From Chrysomallon squamiferum (lineage: Eukaryota; Animalia; Mollusca): 64,000 nt of DNA. Within the stretch, counting starts at the first letter, position 1. Each line of letters begins with the position of its first letter. The stretch is from the NCBI GenBank assembly GCA_012295275.1, contig CM022665.1:186001-250000 (forward strand), in the 5' to 3' direction. Below are positions 28,903 to 41,702 of the stretch, piece by piece. Below the pieces are notes generated by a model that saw nothing but the letters and a program-made list of their open reading frames with translations, did not search any database and had not been told where the DNA came from. Made by a program: the position numbers and the translations under genes.

Positions 28903-29778
28903 TGGATTCGTCTTATTAAGGCACAAGAAAGTTTCTGATGTAAACAGTATACCTATTTGTGATACTATTAATATTTAGTTAACTTGTACTAGAATAAAAT
29001 GTGATATATTCAGCAAAATATAAATAAATAAATAAATAAGATAATATTTGCTCCCTAGATTATGAGATTTTTCCTCAGCAGCGGTTCAATGGAAAGTCGC
29101 CATGTTTATGTTTCTTTGTACGCGTAAGTTGAGTCACGTGATCGTTACGACCTAATGACGACCCGGTTACGTTTTGTTGTCTGTTGTTAATATATCTATG
29201 AGTTCGAGCCGTTCTTTACAGAAATAACGTGATTAAGAATTTAGGTAAGTTTATAAACATTTTAATAACAGTTTTCTGTATCTAGCAGTTTATGTCCGTA
29301 AAGAAATATTTATGTCTGTAGTTATATCTAAACTTGTTTAAATAAGTTTTTATAACGAAAATTCGATTTTATTCGATTCAAAATTCACGTAAAAACACGT
29401 AGACCTTGAAACTAAAGAGTTTTTTCAGTGTTTGAAATAATAATTACGTTTTAACACATTTTATTATATTCAGATAGTAGAGAAAACTACCTTGTTTTGT
29501 ATTTGTTACAAACAACAACCAGACGGTCGCAAACAAAGAACCATTTCTGTCCCTAGACTATTTGAATATCGTTTTTGATAATAGTTAGGAGTTTATAAAC
29601 TAAGTGCTAAAATAAATATTTAAAATTATAAGATTTATGTTGCTAACATTATAAAATATTTCCGTGTCATTTCTTTCTTTTCTGAAACCGAAACCTGTAT
29701 TGTTCACAAAAGACGAAAGGATCTCAGACATTATTAATCAGAACTGTATTGATAAACTAACACATTCCTGTCAGACAA

Positions 29779-29850
29779 GGACATGCGCAGTGCGTGTCAT
29801 CATTGGTTTGGACTTGTTGTTAATACAGTGTAGTCGTAGTCACGTAAGTG
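29779..29850 (+). promoter_or_regulatory. Candidate promoter / non-coding first exon of the right gene (another copy at ~24055-24125)
   Basis: GGACATGCGCAGT...ATTGG...GGACTTGTTGTT...GTCAC|gtaagt. Confidence 0.45.
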
Positions 29851-30571
29851 ATATTAATAAACAGACCTCAAGACAGTCGTTATCGATTACTGAAAGACAC
29901 TTCGGAACGTAAGTTTTTGTTGTCTTTTTTAAACATATCAATGTGTTTGAGTTGTTCTTTATAGAAATAATGTTATTAGGAATTTAGATAAGTTTATAGA
30001 TGATTAAATAACAGTTTTCTCTATCCAGTATTCATGTCTGTATATATAATATTTTTTTTAAACATATGAAACCGATTTTAACTTTACTTCCTTGTTTTAC
30101 GTTGTGTAAATTTTCACAGCTGGTAATGAAGCTTTTCTAGGCGATTTTATTCGATTCAGTGAGTGACGTAAAACATTCGTTGATCTTGGATTTAGTTAAA
30201 AACTAATAATAATAACAAAAAGTTTAAAACAAGACCAGTATTTTAACACATTAAATTTTAACTATCTTCAGATAATAGAGAAAATGACATTGTTTTGTAT
30301 TTGTTAGGAGCGACAACGAAAAGGTCATAAATATTAACCTGTTTGTGTCGTCCACTTTTTGAGCATCGTTTTTAATAATAGTTAGGAGTGTATAGAGTAA
30401 TTGTTAAGACAAATATCTAAAACTATTACCTTTTTGTTACTAATATTATAAAATATTTATTTATTTTTTGTAATACAGAAACCTCTAATATGCCTGACAA
30501 GATTTAAGTTAAAAATGTAGAAAACATTTGGTAATTTTTACTTTTATTTTATTTTCTTTATTATATTTTTT

Positions 30572-30614
<43 letters not shown>

Positions 30615-31818
30615 CGTCTTATTTGATTTTTTAATTACATTTTATTTAATTAGTTATTTTATTTAGTTTTATTTATTTATATGAATTATATTTTTTATAC
30701 TAAAACATCCATTTTTTTAAATTTAAATAACAACTAAGTACTTCATGTACATGACAAACGTTCTTGTATATTATTTTCCTACATGCGTGAATAAAATGTA
30801 CCCAGATTTGAATAAACATTTCTAAGTCTTTTTATTATGATATTTTTTCTACTGGGCTGTATCAAAAGTTGCTGTTAGACACAGTATGAACACTTAACAG
30901 TTTTGCAGTTGGACTCTCTATATTCAGAATATTATGCAGAATCTGTCGTTGTTGTTGTGATAACATTTAGATCATGATGCATTCGAGAAAATCGTCAAAT
31001 TCTTCTGATATCTTACAATTTAAATATGTCTTTTCTTTTATTTATTTATCAGAGGGTATCGTTGAAACTTTACACCAGTTTTCATAGTGCGGTAACAAAA
31101 GGTGCTGTTACACACAATATAAACAGTTTACTGTTTTGGAAGTCGGCTCTGTGTATTAGAATAGTATATAGAGTCAGCTATTGTCAATGTGCTACCAGTT
31201 AGATCAGTTCTATTTATGTCAGAGTTGGTTTTGTGGACAATGTACAGGAAGATCCAAACATATCAAATTGACCGCTGTTTAATAGCAAAAGTATTCAAAG
31301 AAAATAAACTGAGTTGGTCTTAATAAGACATAAGACAAAGAAAAATACTATAAGAGAAAGTTTGCAGTGTAAACAATATACCTAGTTGTAATATGAATAA
31401 TATTTAGTTAACTTTTACTAGAATAAAATACAATGTTTTCAACAGATTATAAATAAATCAATAAACATGGAAACAAAAAAATCAACAATAAATAAATAAA
31501 TAAATAAATAAATAAATGAATAAGTGAAGTTTAGTTAAGTTAAGTTAAATTAAATTAAATAATGTTTGTTAACTCGATTATATTTTTCTTATTAGCGGTT
31601 CAAAGTCGCCAAGTTTATTTATATCACTTTGTACACGTAATTTCAGTCACGTGATCGTTACGACATAGAAACGGCCCATCTAATGAATCGAGGTGTCTGA
31701 GCTGTTCTTTACGGAAATAATTGATTCGGAATTTAGGTAAGTTTACAAAAAATTTAATAACGGTTTTATGTATCTAGTAAGTTATGATATTATTCTTAAT
31801 AGCAGATAGATTTCTAGA

Positions 31819-32175
31819 ATGTTAACAAGTTTATTTATATCACTTTTGTACACGTAGTTTGAGAACGTGGTCGTTACGAGGTCGAGAAAACCCGCATACA
31901 TTGTGTTGTGTATGTTTTAATATATCGAAGAGTTTGAGCTGCTCTTTACAGAAACAATATTAATAGGAATTTAAGTAAGTTTATACATATTTTAATAAAA
32001 GTTTTCTGTATCTAGTCATTTATGTGTATAAATATATATTTATGTGAGCAGAGATATTTATACTTTTTAAATGTATGAAACTGATTTTAATATTACTTCC
32101 TTGTTTACGTTGTGTAAATTTCCACAGCTAATAACGAAATTTTTCTTGTCCATTTTGTTCGATCCAGTGAGTCAC
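31819..32175 (+). CDS. Candidate first coding exons of the right gene: join(31819-31853,31952-31974,32128-32175) = MLTSLFISLLYTNNINRNLTNNEIFLVHFVRSSES
   Basis: Mirror of 18407-18757; ATG, GT/AG and phases conserved. Confidence 0.4.
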
Positions 32176-35100
32176 GTAAAAGATGCGTAGATGCTGGATT
32201 TTATTTTAAAAGGTTCAATAATAAGACAGTATTTTTACACATTAAATTGTTGCTATCGTCAGAAAAGAGAGAAAACGAACTTCTTTTCTAATTGTTAGGA
32301 GCGACAACGAAAAGGTTACAAATAATGATCATTTTTATACTTCTTCAGTATCGTTTTTAATTATAGTTACGAGCGAATAGAATAAGTCTAACACAAATAT
32401 TTAAAATTATTAGCTTTGTGTAGCTAAAATTATAAAATATTTCCGTGTTTCAGTATTTTTTTTTTTTTTTTTTTTGTGAAACTCAAACGTTTGCGGACGA
32501 AAATATTTTCTGGAACGTTTGAGAACAGTGCATATAATTATTTACTACTCAGTATAATGTTAACTTTGCACTGCAGCATAATGTTTGCAAATAATTAAAT
32601 CCGACTTATTAAAAAAGTATTCTAGTTTAGGATTATGACTGCACATTGACAATAGAATATATTGTACTCTGCAAAATAAATAAAACAATAAATAAATAAA
32701 TAAATATATAAAAATGCACACAAAATAAATGAAATAAAACACATAAAGGAAAAAATACATAAACAAATAAACAAAATATACACATAAAGCAACAACGAAA
32801 CAAATAAAAGAAAAGAAAAGAAAATGAAATAAAACATAAAAGAACAAACAAATAAATAAATAATATAAAATAAAACAAAATAAAATAAAATAAAAAATTG
32901 TTATAGCCTAAGTTATGATATTATTCTCAATAGCAGTTAGATTTCTGGAAGGTTAACAAGTTGATATCACTTTTGTACACGTAATTTGAGTCACGTGATC
33001 ATTAAAATGTAGAGATAACCAGTAAATGTTTTGTTGTCTGTTTCTAATATATCGAAGGGTTTCAGCTGTTCTTTTCAGAAATAATTCGATTAAGAATTAA
33101 GGAAGTTTATATAAAAAAAAAAATAAAGTTTTCTGTATCTACCAATTTATGTGTGTAAATATATATTTATATATGTAGAAATATATATCTTTTTTAAATA
33201 TAGGAAACTGATTTTAACTTTATTTCCTTAAACATTCTGTACATTTTCAGAGCTAATAACGAAATTGTTCTTGTTGAATTTGTTCGATTCAATGAGTTAC
33301 GTAAAGCAAGCGTAGACACTGGATTTAATTACAAAATAATAATAATAATAAAAGTTTAAAACAAGACCAGTATTTTAACACAATAAATGTTTATTATATT
33401 CAGATAATAGAGAATACAACAATCTTTTGTATTTGTTAAGAGCGACAACAATAATGTCCCAAATATTGACCCATTTTTGTCGCCCACTTCTTGAGTATCG
33501 TTTTCAATAAAAGTTGGAAGTGTATAGAGTAAGTGTTAAGACAAATATTTAAAATTATTAGATTTATATTGCTGACATTATAAAGTATTTGTATGTACTT
33601 CTTTTCTTTTGTGAAACTGAAATCTCTATCATGCTTGACAAGATTTAAGTTAACAATGTAGAAAATATTTGTTAATTTTTGTTTTATTTAGAACATTTTT
33701 TTAAATAAATAGAAAGTTTCAAAACATAAGTCTAATTTTTATTTATTTAATAAAAAAAAATGTTTTTTAAAATTAATTATTTTATTTAGTTCTGTTTGTT
33801 TAGTTATATGATTAATTTATAATTTATTCTAGGTAAAACTGCTTATATTTTACTTAAATTACAACTAAGTACATAATTTTCATGGGAAACTTTCTTGTAG
33901 ATAATTTTTCTATATGTTTCAATAAAACGTATCCAGATTTGAATAAAATTTTCTAAGTATTTTTATTTGATATTTTTCTACTGGGCGGTAACAACAGTTG
34001 CTGTTAGACACAAAATGAACAGATTGCGGTTTTGCTATCGGCTCAGTGTATTCAGAATATCAGACAGAATAAATTCTTATTATTGCGTAATCTTTTGGAT
34101 CATATATAGGAAAATCCAAAGATTCCAAATTGAACGTTGTCTAATAGGAAGAGTATTCAAAGCAAATAAACTGCAATAGCTGTACTATAAACAAAGATTA
34201 GAGTATTTGTCCTCAAATGAAAGTAAAATATCAGAAAATCATTCTACATTTAGGCAGAGGGAGTTAAAGTAATAAAAATAGAATTAATATTATAATAACA
34301 ACATTTAGACATATTTTATTCAAATATGACAGAGTTTAACGTGTAAACAATGTACTTAGTTGTAAAGTTAATAATATTTAGTTAACTTTACTAAAATATA
34401 ATATAATGTATTGAACAAATTATAAATAAATAAATAAACCCATTTGTGTCACGACCCTTCCTCAATACTGTTTTTAATGATAGATAAAAATATATCGAGT
34501 AAGTTTTAAGACAAACATCAAATATGTTTAGATCTAAGTCGCTAACTTTATAAAATATTTGTGTGTGGTTTCTTCCTTTTGCAAACGAAACTTCTATTTT
34601 TCCAACGGACTAAACTATTTCCTGTAATGTTTGTTGACAGAGAACATAATTTTTCGAGAAAATCAAACGAAATATCGATGTGTTTGAGGTGTTCTTTACA
34701 GAAATAATGTGATTAGGAATTTATATAGACATTTCAATAACAGATTTCTTCATCCAGTAATCATATATTTATGTCTGTAAATATTCTGATACTTTTTCAA
34801 ATATATTAAACCGATTTTAACTTTACACCCTTTCACCGTTGTTTAACTTTGTGTACGTTTCATATTAACTAGAGAAGCTTTTATTCAATACCAAAACTCA
34901 CGTAAACAGCACACTGGATTTAGTTGAAATAGATGAATAACAGGATCAGTGTTTGAAATAAGAATTACATTTTAACACATTATACTATCTTCAGACAGTA
35001 AAGAAATTGACCTTCTTTCGTATTTTTTACGAGCGACAACGAAAAGGTCACAAATATTGATCCGTTTTTGTCACCACTCTTCTTCAGTATTGTTTTGAAT

Positions 35101-35394
35101 AATAGTTAGAATAACAGAGTAAGTGTTAAGATAAATATTTAAAAATATTCAATTTTAGTTGCTAACATTAACATTTCCGTGTACTTCTTTTCTTTTCTGA
35201 AACTGAAACTTCGATTATAACCTAAAAGATTTAAGTTAAAAATGTAAAAAACATTTGGTCATTTATTTTATCAACAACAGATAAAAAAAACACAAAAAAA
35301 ACCCCCAGTAAATAAATAAATAAATATATAAAGAAATAAATAATAATAATAATATAAAAAAAATAATAATAAAAAAAAAATAAATAAATAAAAT

Positions 35395-35434
<40 letters not shown>

Positions 35435-35928
35435 GTCTTATAACAAATTTTTATGTTTTTTTTTTAATGTTTTTTTATTTCGTTATTTTGTTGTTTTTTA
35501 TTTCTTTTTCCCCCAAATTGACTCCTATTTGATCGCAAGAGCATTAAAAGAAAATAAAGCACAATAGTTGTAATAAAAATAAAGATTAGTGTATTTGTAT
35601 TGTAATGAAAGTAATATATTTTAATATTATTATGATTTACACGTGACACATTAATCCACTGAGAATAAGGTACAAGAAAAATGTTACAAATATTTATGTT
35701 TGTCTATCAGAAAGTGTTTCTAGATTTATGAAAAGTGAGTTAAAGTAATAAACATAAAATTAATGTTATAATAACAACATGTAAATGTGTGTTTAAATCC
35801 GAGTTGATCTTATTAAGGCAGAAAATATAGGAAATACAATGTATTCAACAGATTATAAATAAATTAATTAATTAAAGAATAAAATACAATTTATACAACA
35901 CATTATAAATAAATTAAAAAAAATAAAA

Positions 35929-35975
<47 letters not shown>

Positions 35976-37229
35976 ATGAATTAAAACATATAAATAAACA
36001 AATAAAATAATAATAAAAAGAGGATGTGGCCTAACTTATGAGATTATTATCAACTGCAGTTCAAGAAGGTTGCCAAGTTTATTTATAGAATTTTGTACAT
36101 GCACTTTGTGTCACGTGATCGCTACTACGTAGATGCGACCCATTACGTTTGGTTGTCTATTTGTAATGTGTCTGTGCTGTTCTTTACAGAAATAATTTCA
36201 TTAGGAATACAGGTACCTGTATAAACAAATTAATAACAGTTTCCCGTTTTACCATATCCAGATAACAGATAAAAACAACAACAAAAAAGACCTTTTATAT
36301 TTGTTACGAGACACAATATAAAGGTTACAAATACTGACCCGTTTATGTCGCCCACTTTTTGAATATCTTTCTCAGTAATTGTTAGGAGGGCACAGAGTAA
36401 GTGTGAAGAGAAATATTTAAAATTATTAAATTTATGATGCTAACATTATGTTCTTTCTCTCCTTCGTTCTACGCACGTAGACCTTGGATTTAGCTAATGA
36501 ATTTAATAACATGACCAGTTTTTGAAATAATAATTGCATTTTAACATATTTTATTATTTTCATATAATAGAGAACCAACCTTTTTGTATTTGTTACAAAC
36601 AACAACCAAAGGGTCAGAAATATTCACCTGTTTCTGTCCTTAGATTTTCTGAATATCGTTTATAATAAAAGGAGTTTGTAGAGCAAGTTTTATGACAAAC
36701 ATTTAAAATTATTAGATTTACATTATAAAATATTCCCTTGTTATTTCCTTCTTTTCTGAAACCGAAACTTCTACTTCAAACAACCGACTAAAATATTTCC
36801 TGGACAGCTAGATAACAGTGTATTTAATTATTTTGCACAGAATTAATTTATATCAAAGGACTCCGTTGTCGTCTTGAGGAATTGAGTAACCTTGTCAGTG
36901 ACTTTCTCCGGTAAAGAAAGAAAGACAAGTCATATAAATTTGTATTAATTTTAATATCTTTTATATTTTATCAAATTCAAGATATCGAACAGAAAATTTA
37001 TGAAAAATACTTACAGCTATAATTTGTCAGTGGTAATATGTTACAGTGGTAAAGAGTCTTTCTGGACATTGGGTTACCCACAATCGACTGATGTCAAGTA
37101 TAAAATGGTTATATCAATTTCATATTACTGAACAAAGAGATCAACTGAGTGAAATGGCATTATCAAAGTTTGGCTACGACCAGCACCTCACTGCAGCACC
37201 ACTACCATTTATAAGTCAAGTTATTCAGG

Positions 37230-38520
37230 TAAATGTGTTAGTTTAAAGATTTCTCAGCTGTAATGAAAAAACACACTTTTTTTTTCATAAGTTCTAATTT
37301 ATAAACTGAATGATATCAGATCAAACTCTTATTTCAGTAAACTCACCAGCAATTAAGCTTTTAACAAGAACATAACTGTCTAATTCGTGCTTTGGAACGA
37401 TGTCTCGCTTGACGATCTCTGCTACTTTAAATGTATTTTAATTACACACACATAATATTAAATTTATAGGAAATGTGTATCGTACAGTTGTTGTTTATTC
37501 AGTGACATGTGGATGTAGCTGCTTAATGTCAGCACTGAATATCGCCTTTGAATTGTTGATATTTATGACAAACTTCATTTACATCAATAACAATATACAA
37601 ACTTTCAATACAGCTTTGTACTTTAAAATTTAGCAGAACGCACAGTCAGGCTACGCTAGAATTAAGTTTGATTTACATTACGATATTGCAGCCAGAGATG
37701 TCATGGTAACATACTGTAATCACACTGATAATTCTTATCTACATGATTTGCAACCAGTGTATTTATCCAAGTATGTAATAATTAACACATATAAATCCCT
37801 GTTACTTTTCTTTCACGACCGAAGGTATGAGTTTATTTTTCTGTTTTGATTTTACGTATTAAAATACGACTACGTATGAGTAGTTACAAAATAGGTTATG
37901 GACAAAGTTCTAAAAAACGTTTAGAAGCATATCATTTTTATAAAATGGTTTTCTCACCTTCTCGTTGAAACATTTAGTTATCTGTCATTAACAACACAAA
38001 GACTTTTAAACACAGCAGTTTTAACAGTCTCTTATACGGTTGTATTCATTGTCTTCTCATCAAATGTTTATTAGTTTGTCAAAGTGACAACTTGCAGTAA
38101 AGAAACAAAATCAACCAAAATATATATGAGCATTCGTATTAGTGTTAGTGATTTATATTACTGAAATGTTGTAAATAAATTTTACTGGCATATAAAGGCA
38201 TTGGTAATACTTGACAATGCTAGAAATGTTTATCTTTATTTACGTTATGGAAACTACATCTGTAGGACTTCCATCAGAAGAGGAATTTCTCAAGGAGAGC
38301 AAAGGCTGCTGGGCTTTAGATACGTAATTATTTCCTGAATGTCTTTTGCAGTTATGATGAATCAACGTAGTTTCTGGTGAACGGGTTTTACTTTGATATT
38401 TTAAGCTAAACTCTCATTATTTACTTGCATCGGCATTTAAAGAGTTTTTAATTAATTACTAATACCAGTAATACATATTTTTAGTATTTTTCTTTGTTTT
38501 ATACTTTCTCTATTTGATTG
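37230..38520 (+). repeat. Inverted, diverged copy of most of the 1.77-kb array unit (more diverged partial copies at ~38830-40930)
   Basis: Reverse complement of unit sequence, e.g. 38100-38470 vs unit junction and 1420-1780. Confidence 0.9.
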
Positions 38521-39082
38521 ATAGAGTCTGGAAAATGTGAACTTATATATATAAATTGTTTAAGTAATAACATTATCTGTACTTAATATATAAGAAAGAA
38601 ATGCCTACTGAAAACAGTTTCATAGACATCAGGGTTTGAATGTTAAACACAGAATTATCACTCTTCGTCACAGCGGTAAAAAAAAAACTTATAGTAATCA
38701 GTGATTATGTATAGCTCCGATTTTCGGTAATAACAACTAGAACAAATCAAGAATAAGTTCATATCTATTAATAAGATGACAAAAAATGCATCACAGGTAC
38801 AATTCATTTCGAACGAATCCATTGTCTGTTTGAATAATTTTTTAACGTTGTCAGTGACATAATCCCATAAAGAAAGAAAGACTAGTCACATAAGTTTGCA
38901 TTAATTTGAATATCTTGTATATTTCATCAGATCCAAGATATCAAACAAAAAAATGTGTGAATAATACTTACAGCTATAAAATGTCAGTGGTACATTGGTA
39001 GAGAGTCTACCTGGAAGCAAGTTCACACAAACTGGACTGATGTTAAGTTTAAAATGTGTTTTTTGTTAATTTCATATTACAG

Positions 39083-39118
39083 CACCAGTACAAAGCAAAG
39101 GATTATCACCTTATCAAG
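39083..39118 (+). CDS. Candidate 36-nt phase-1 exon PVQSKGLSPYQ, positional homologue of the 78-nt cassette
   Basis: tttcatattacag|CACC...CAAG|gtaaag; open. Confidence 0.45.
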
Positions 39119-40048
39119 GTAAAGTCCGAAGTAATTTAGATAAATTTAATGATTTCTCAGATCTAATGAAAGTACACAGAATTTTGTTGATAAATTATAA
39201 TTTATAACATGATGATATTAGAACAAACTGTTAGTTCAGTAAATTTAGCAGCAATCAACTTTTTAATAAGAACATAACTGTCTACTTCGTGCTTTGGAAC
39301 GATGTCTCACTTGAGGAGTTTTACAGATTTCTTTTTCATTGTCTATTTTGTTTTCAAGTGAACTCAGATACCTTAAATGTATGTTAATTATACATTCACA
39401 TGTTTCGAAATTTATAGGTAATGTATATCCTACAGTTTTATTAATTCAGCAGTGACATGTGGATGTAGCTGCTTAATGTCAGCACTGAATATCGCCTTTG
39501 AATAGTTTATATTTATGACAAGCTTCATTTACATCAATAATAATATACAAACTTTCAGTACAGCTTTTTAGTTTACAATTTAGCAGAACGCGCAATCAGA
39601 CTACACTAGAATTAACTTTGATTTACATTACAACATTGCAAACACAGACGTCATAGTGACAGACTGAACAGATAATTCTTATCTACATGATACCAAATAC
39701 TTCAGATATAGACTTCTACTAAATTTATCTAAGTATATTTTTGTTACAAAGTAGTTTTCTCATGTTTTCAGTGAAACATTGTGAAACACAAAGACATTGA
39801 AATGCAGCTGTTTTAAAAGTCTCATATAGGTTGTATTCATTGTCTTCTCAAGAAATGTTTATCAGGTTGTCAAAGTGAAAACTTCCAGTAAAGAAAGAAA
39901 ATCAACCAAAACAAATACGAGCATTCATATTAGTTTTAGCGACTTATTTTAGTGAAAATTTGTAAATAATCTTTAGTGCGATAAAAAGCCAGGAATATTA
40001 CTCGACAATGCCAGATATGTTTATCTTTATTTATGACTGAAATTACAG

Positions 40049-40132
40049 ATGTAATAGAAGAAGCACAGAAGAGTCAGTTGACGGAGAAGTTTTGTTACAA
40101 ATCAGAAACAGTGAAAGACAAGTGTAATTCAG
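40049..40132 (+). CDS. Candidate 84-nt phase-1 exon DVIEEAQKSQLTEKFCYKSETVKDKCNS
   Basis: aattacag|AT...TCAG|gtacat; open. Confidence 0.5.
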
Positions 40133-40322
40133 GTACATAATTATTTGTTAACTTTCTTTTCTAGGTGTTATAAAACAACGTATTATTACTCAACAGCAGC
40201 AGAAATGTTTATATTTATTTATGTTGCTGAAATTATAGATCTAAGAGAGGAATCGATGAAGAGTCAATGAAGATTGTTGTAAATTGTTATCACCATCACC
40301 ATCATCATCATCATTTTTATTA

Positions 40323-40364
<42 letters not shown>

Positions 40365-40833
40365 TTGGTTTGTTGTTTTACCAACAGCAAATGTGTCTAA
40401 ATTTCCATCTTAATGTTGCATTTGATCATAAGTGCCAAACTCTCCTAAAAGGAGTTCGGCAATAAAATACTGACATTTTGTAATCTGAGTAGCTTATAGG
40501 ACCCTATCACGTGTATCTTTTAATATATTTTATGTTTTATCAGATTCAAGATATGAAACAGAAAATCGAGTGATATAAATTTGATTCATAAAATATGCAT
40601 ACGTATTAATTTTAATATCTTCTATAGTTTATCAGATTCAAGAAAAATTGAAAGATTAAAGTTCGCAAGGCAAGACAAGAAAATCAACCAATACAATTAT
40701 CTGCTGTCATATTAATTTTAGTGACTTTTTTTAGTGAAAATTTGTATATAGTTTTTAGTGCCGTAAAACGCCAGTAATATTACTCGACAGCAGCAGAAAT
40801 GTTTATCTTTATGTATTTTACTGTAAATTGCAG

Positions 40834-40896
40834 ATCTAACAGATGAGTTAGTGAAGAATCGGTTCATGCTGAACCGTTGTACAGAATCAGAAAGAT
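40834..40896 (+). CDS. Candidate 63-nt phase-1 exon DLTDELVKNRFMLNRCTESER
   Basis: attgcag|AT...AGAT|gtaatt; open; paralogue of the 40049 exon. Confidence 0.45.
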
Positions 40897-41438
40897 GTAA
40901 TTATTTGTAAACTTTCTTTTCTACCTGTGATTAAACAATGTTATTTTACTAAAGGTAATAAATTGTTACGATTTATCATCATCATCATCATCATCATCAT
41001 CACGGTCTCAATTTCCATCTTAATGTTGCATTAGACTATAATAGCCAATATCTGCTTCTAAAAGGAGTTCGGCCATAACATATTCATATTTTGTAATCTG
41101 ATTAGCTCAAAGGACCCTACCACGTGTATCTTTCAATAAATAAACAAACATCAACATCTATAAATATACGACTTTAGCAACATTGGAATGCTGTAAGTTT
41201 GATTATACTGATCTGTCTAAAAACTTGTCATAAACAGTAATCTCAGAACTTCGTTAATGTCCTATTTTCGTTGTCAGAACGTTTGTCTGTCTGTGACTGT
41301 GTGCATTTTTCTAATCTGAATAACTATCACATGAGAAAATAAGATGAAAACATAATAATTTTCTTATAATCGTAAACTGATGTTAATTCTTAAAATTTAA
41401 ATACATTTTTTTTTTTTTTTCTGAAATAACTGACCTAG

Positions 41439-41653
41439 TGATGGAAGTGGAAGGCTCGAAATCTGTTATACTGATTAATTGTAATATAGATGTTTTGACG
41501 ATTAATCAAGGTATGTTTTATTATTATTATTATAATGTTTTAAATTTAACAATATTTAACAGAACACAGGAAGACGTTAAATATGTTTTATTACGGGATT
41601 AAAGCTTGTTAGTTTAATTTCCTACTTTAGGTAGCACGCTATTTTTTATTTTG

Positions 41654-41702
<49 letters not shown>

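Larger units (their letters stand above)
27120..37170. repeat. Right arm of the large inverted duplication
   Basis: Reverse complement of the left arm with indels; has an extra module at ~33050-33960. Confidence 0.9.
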
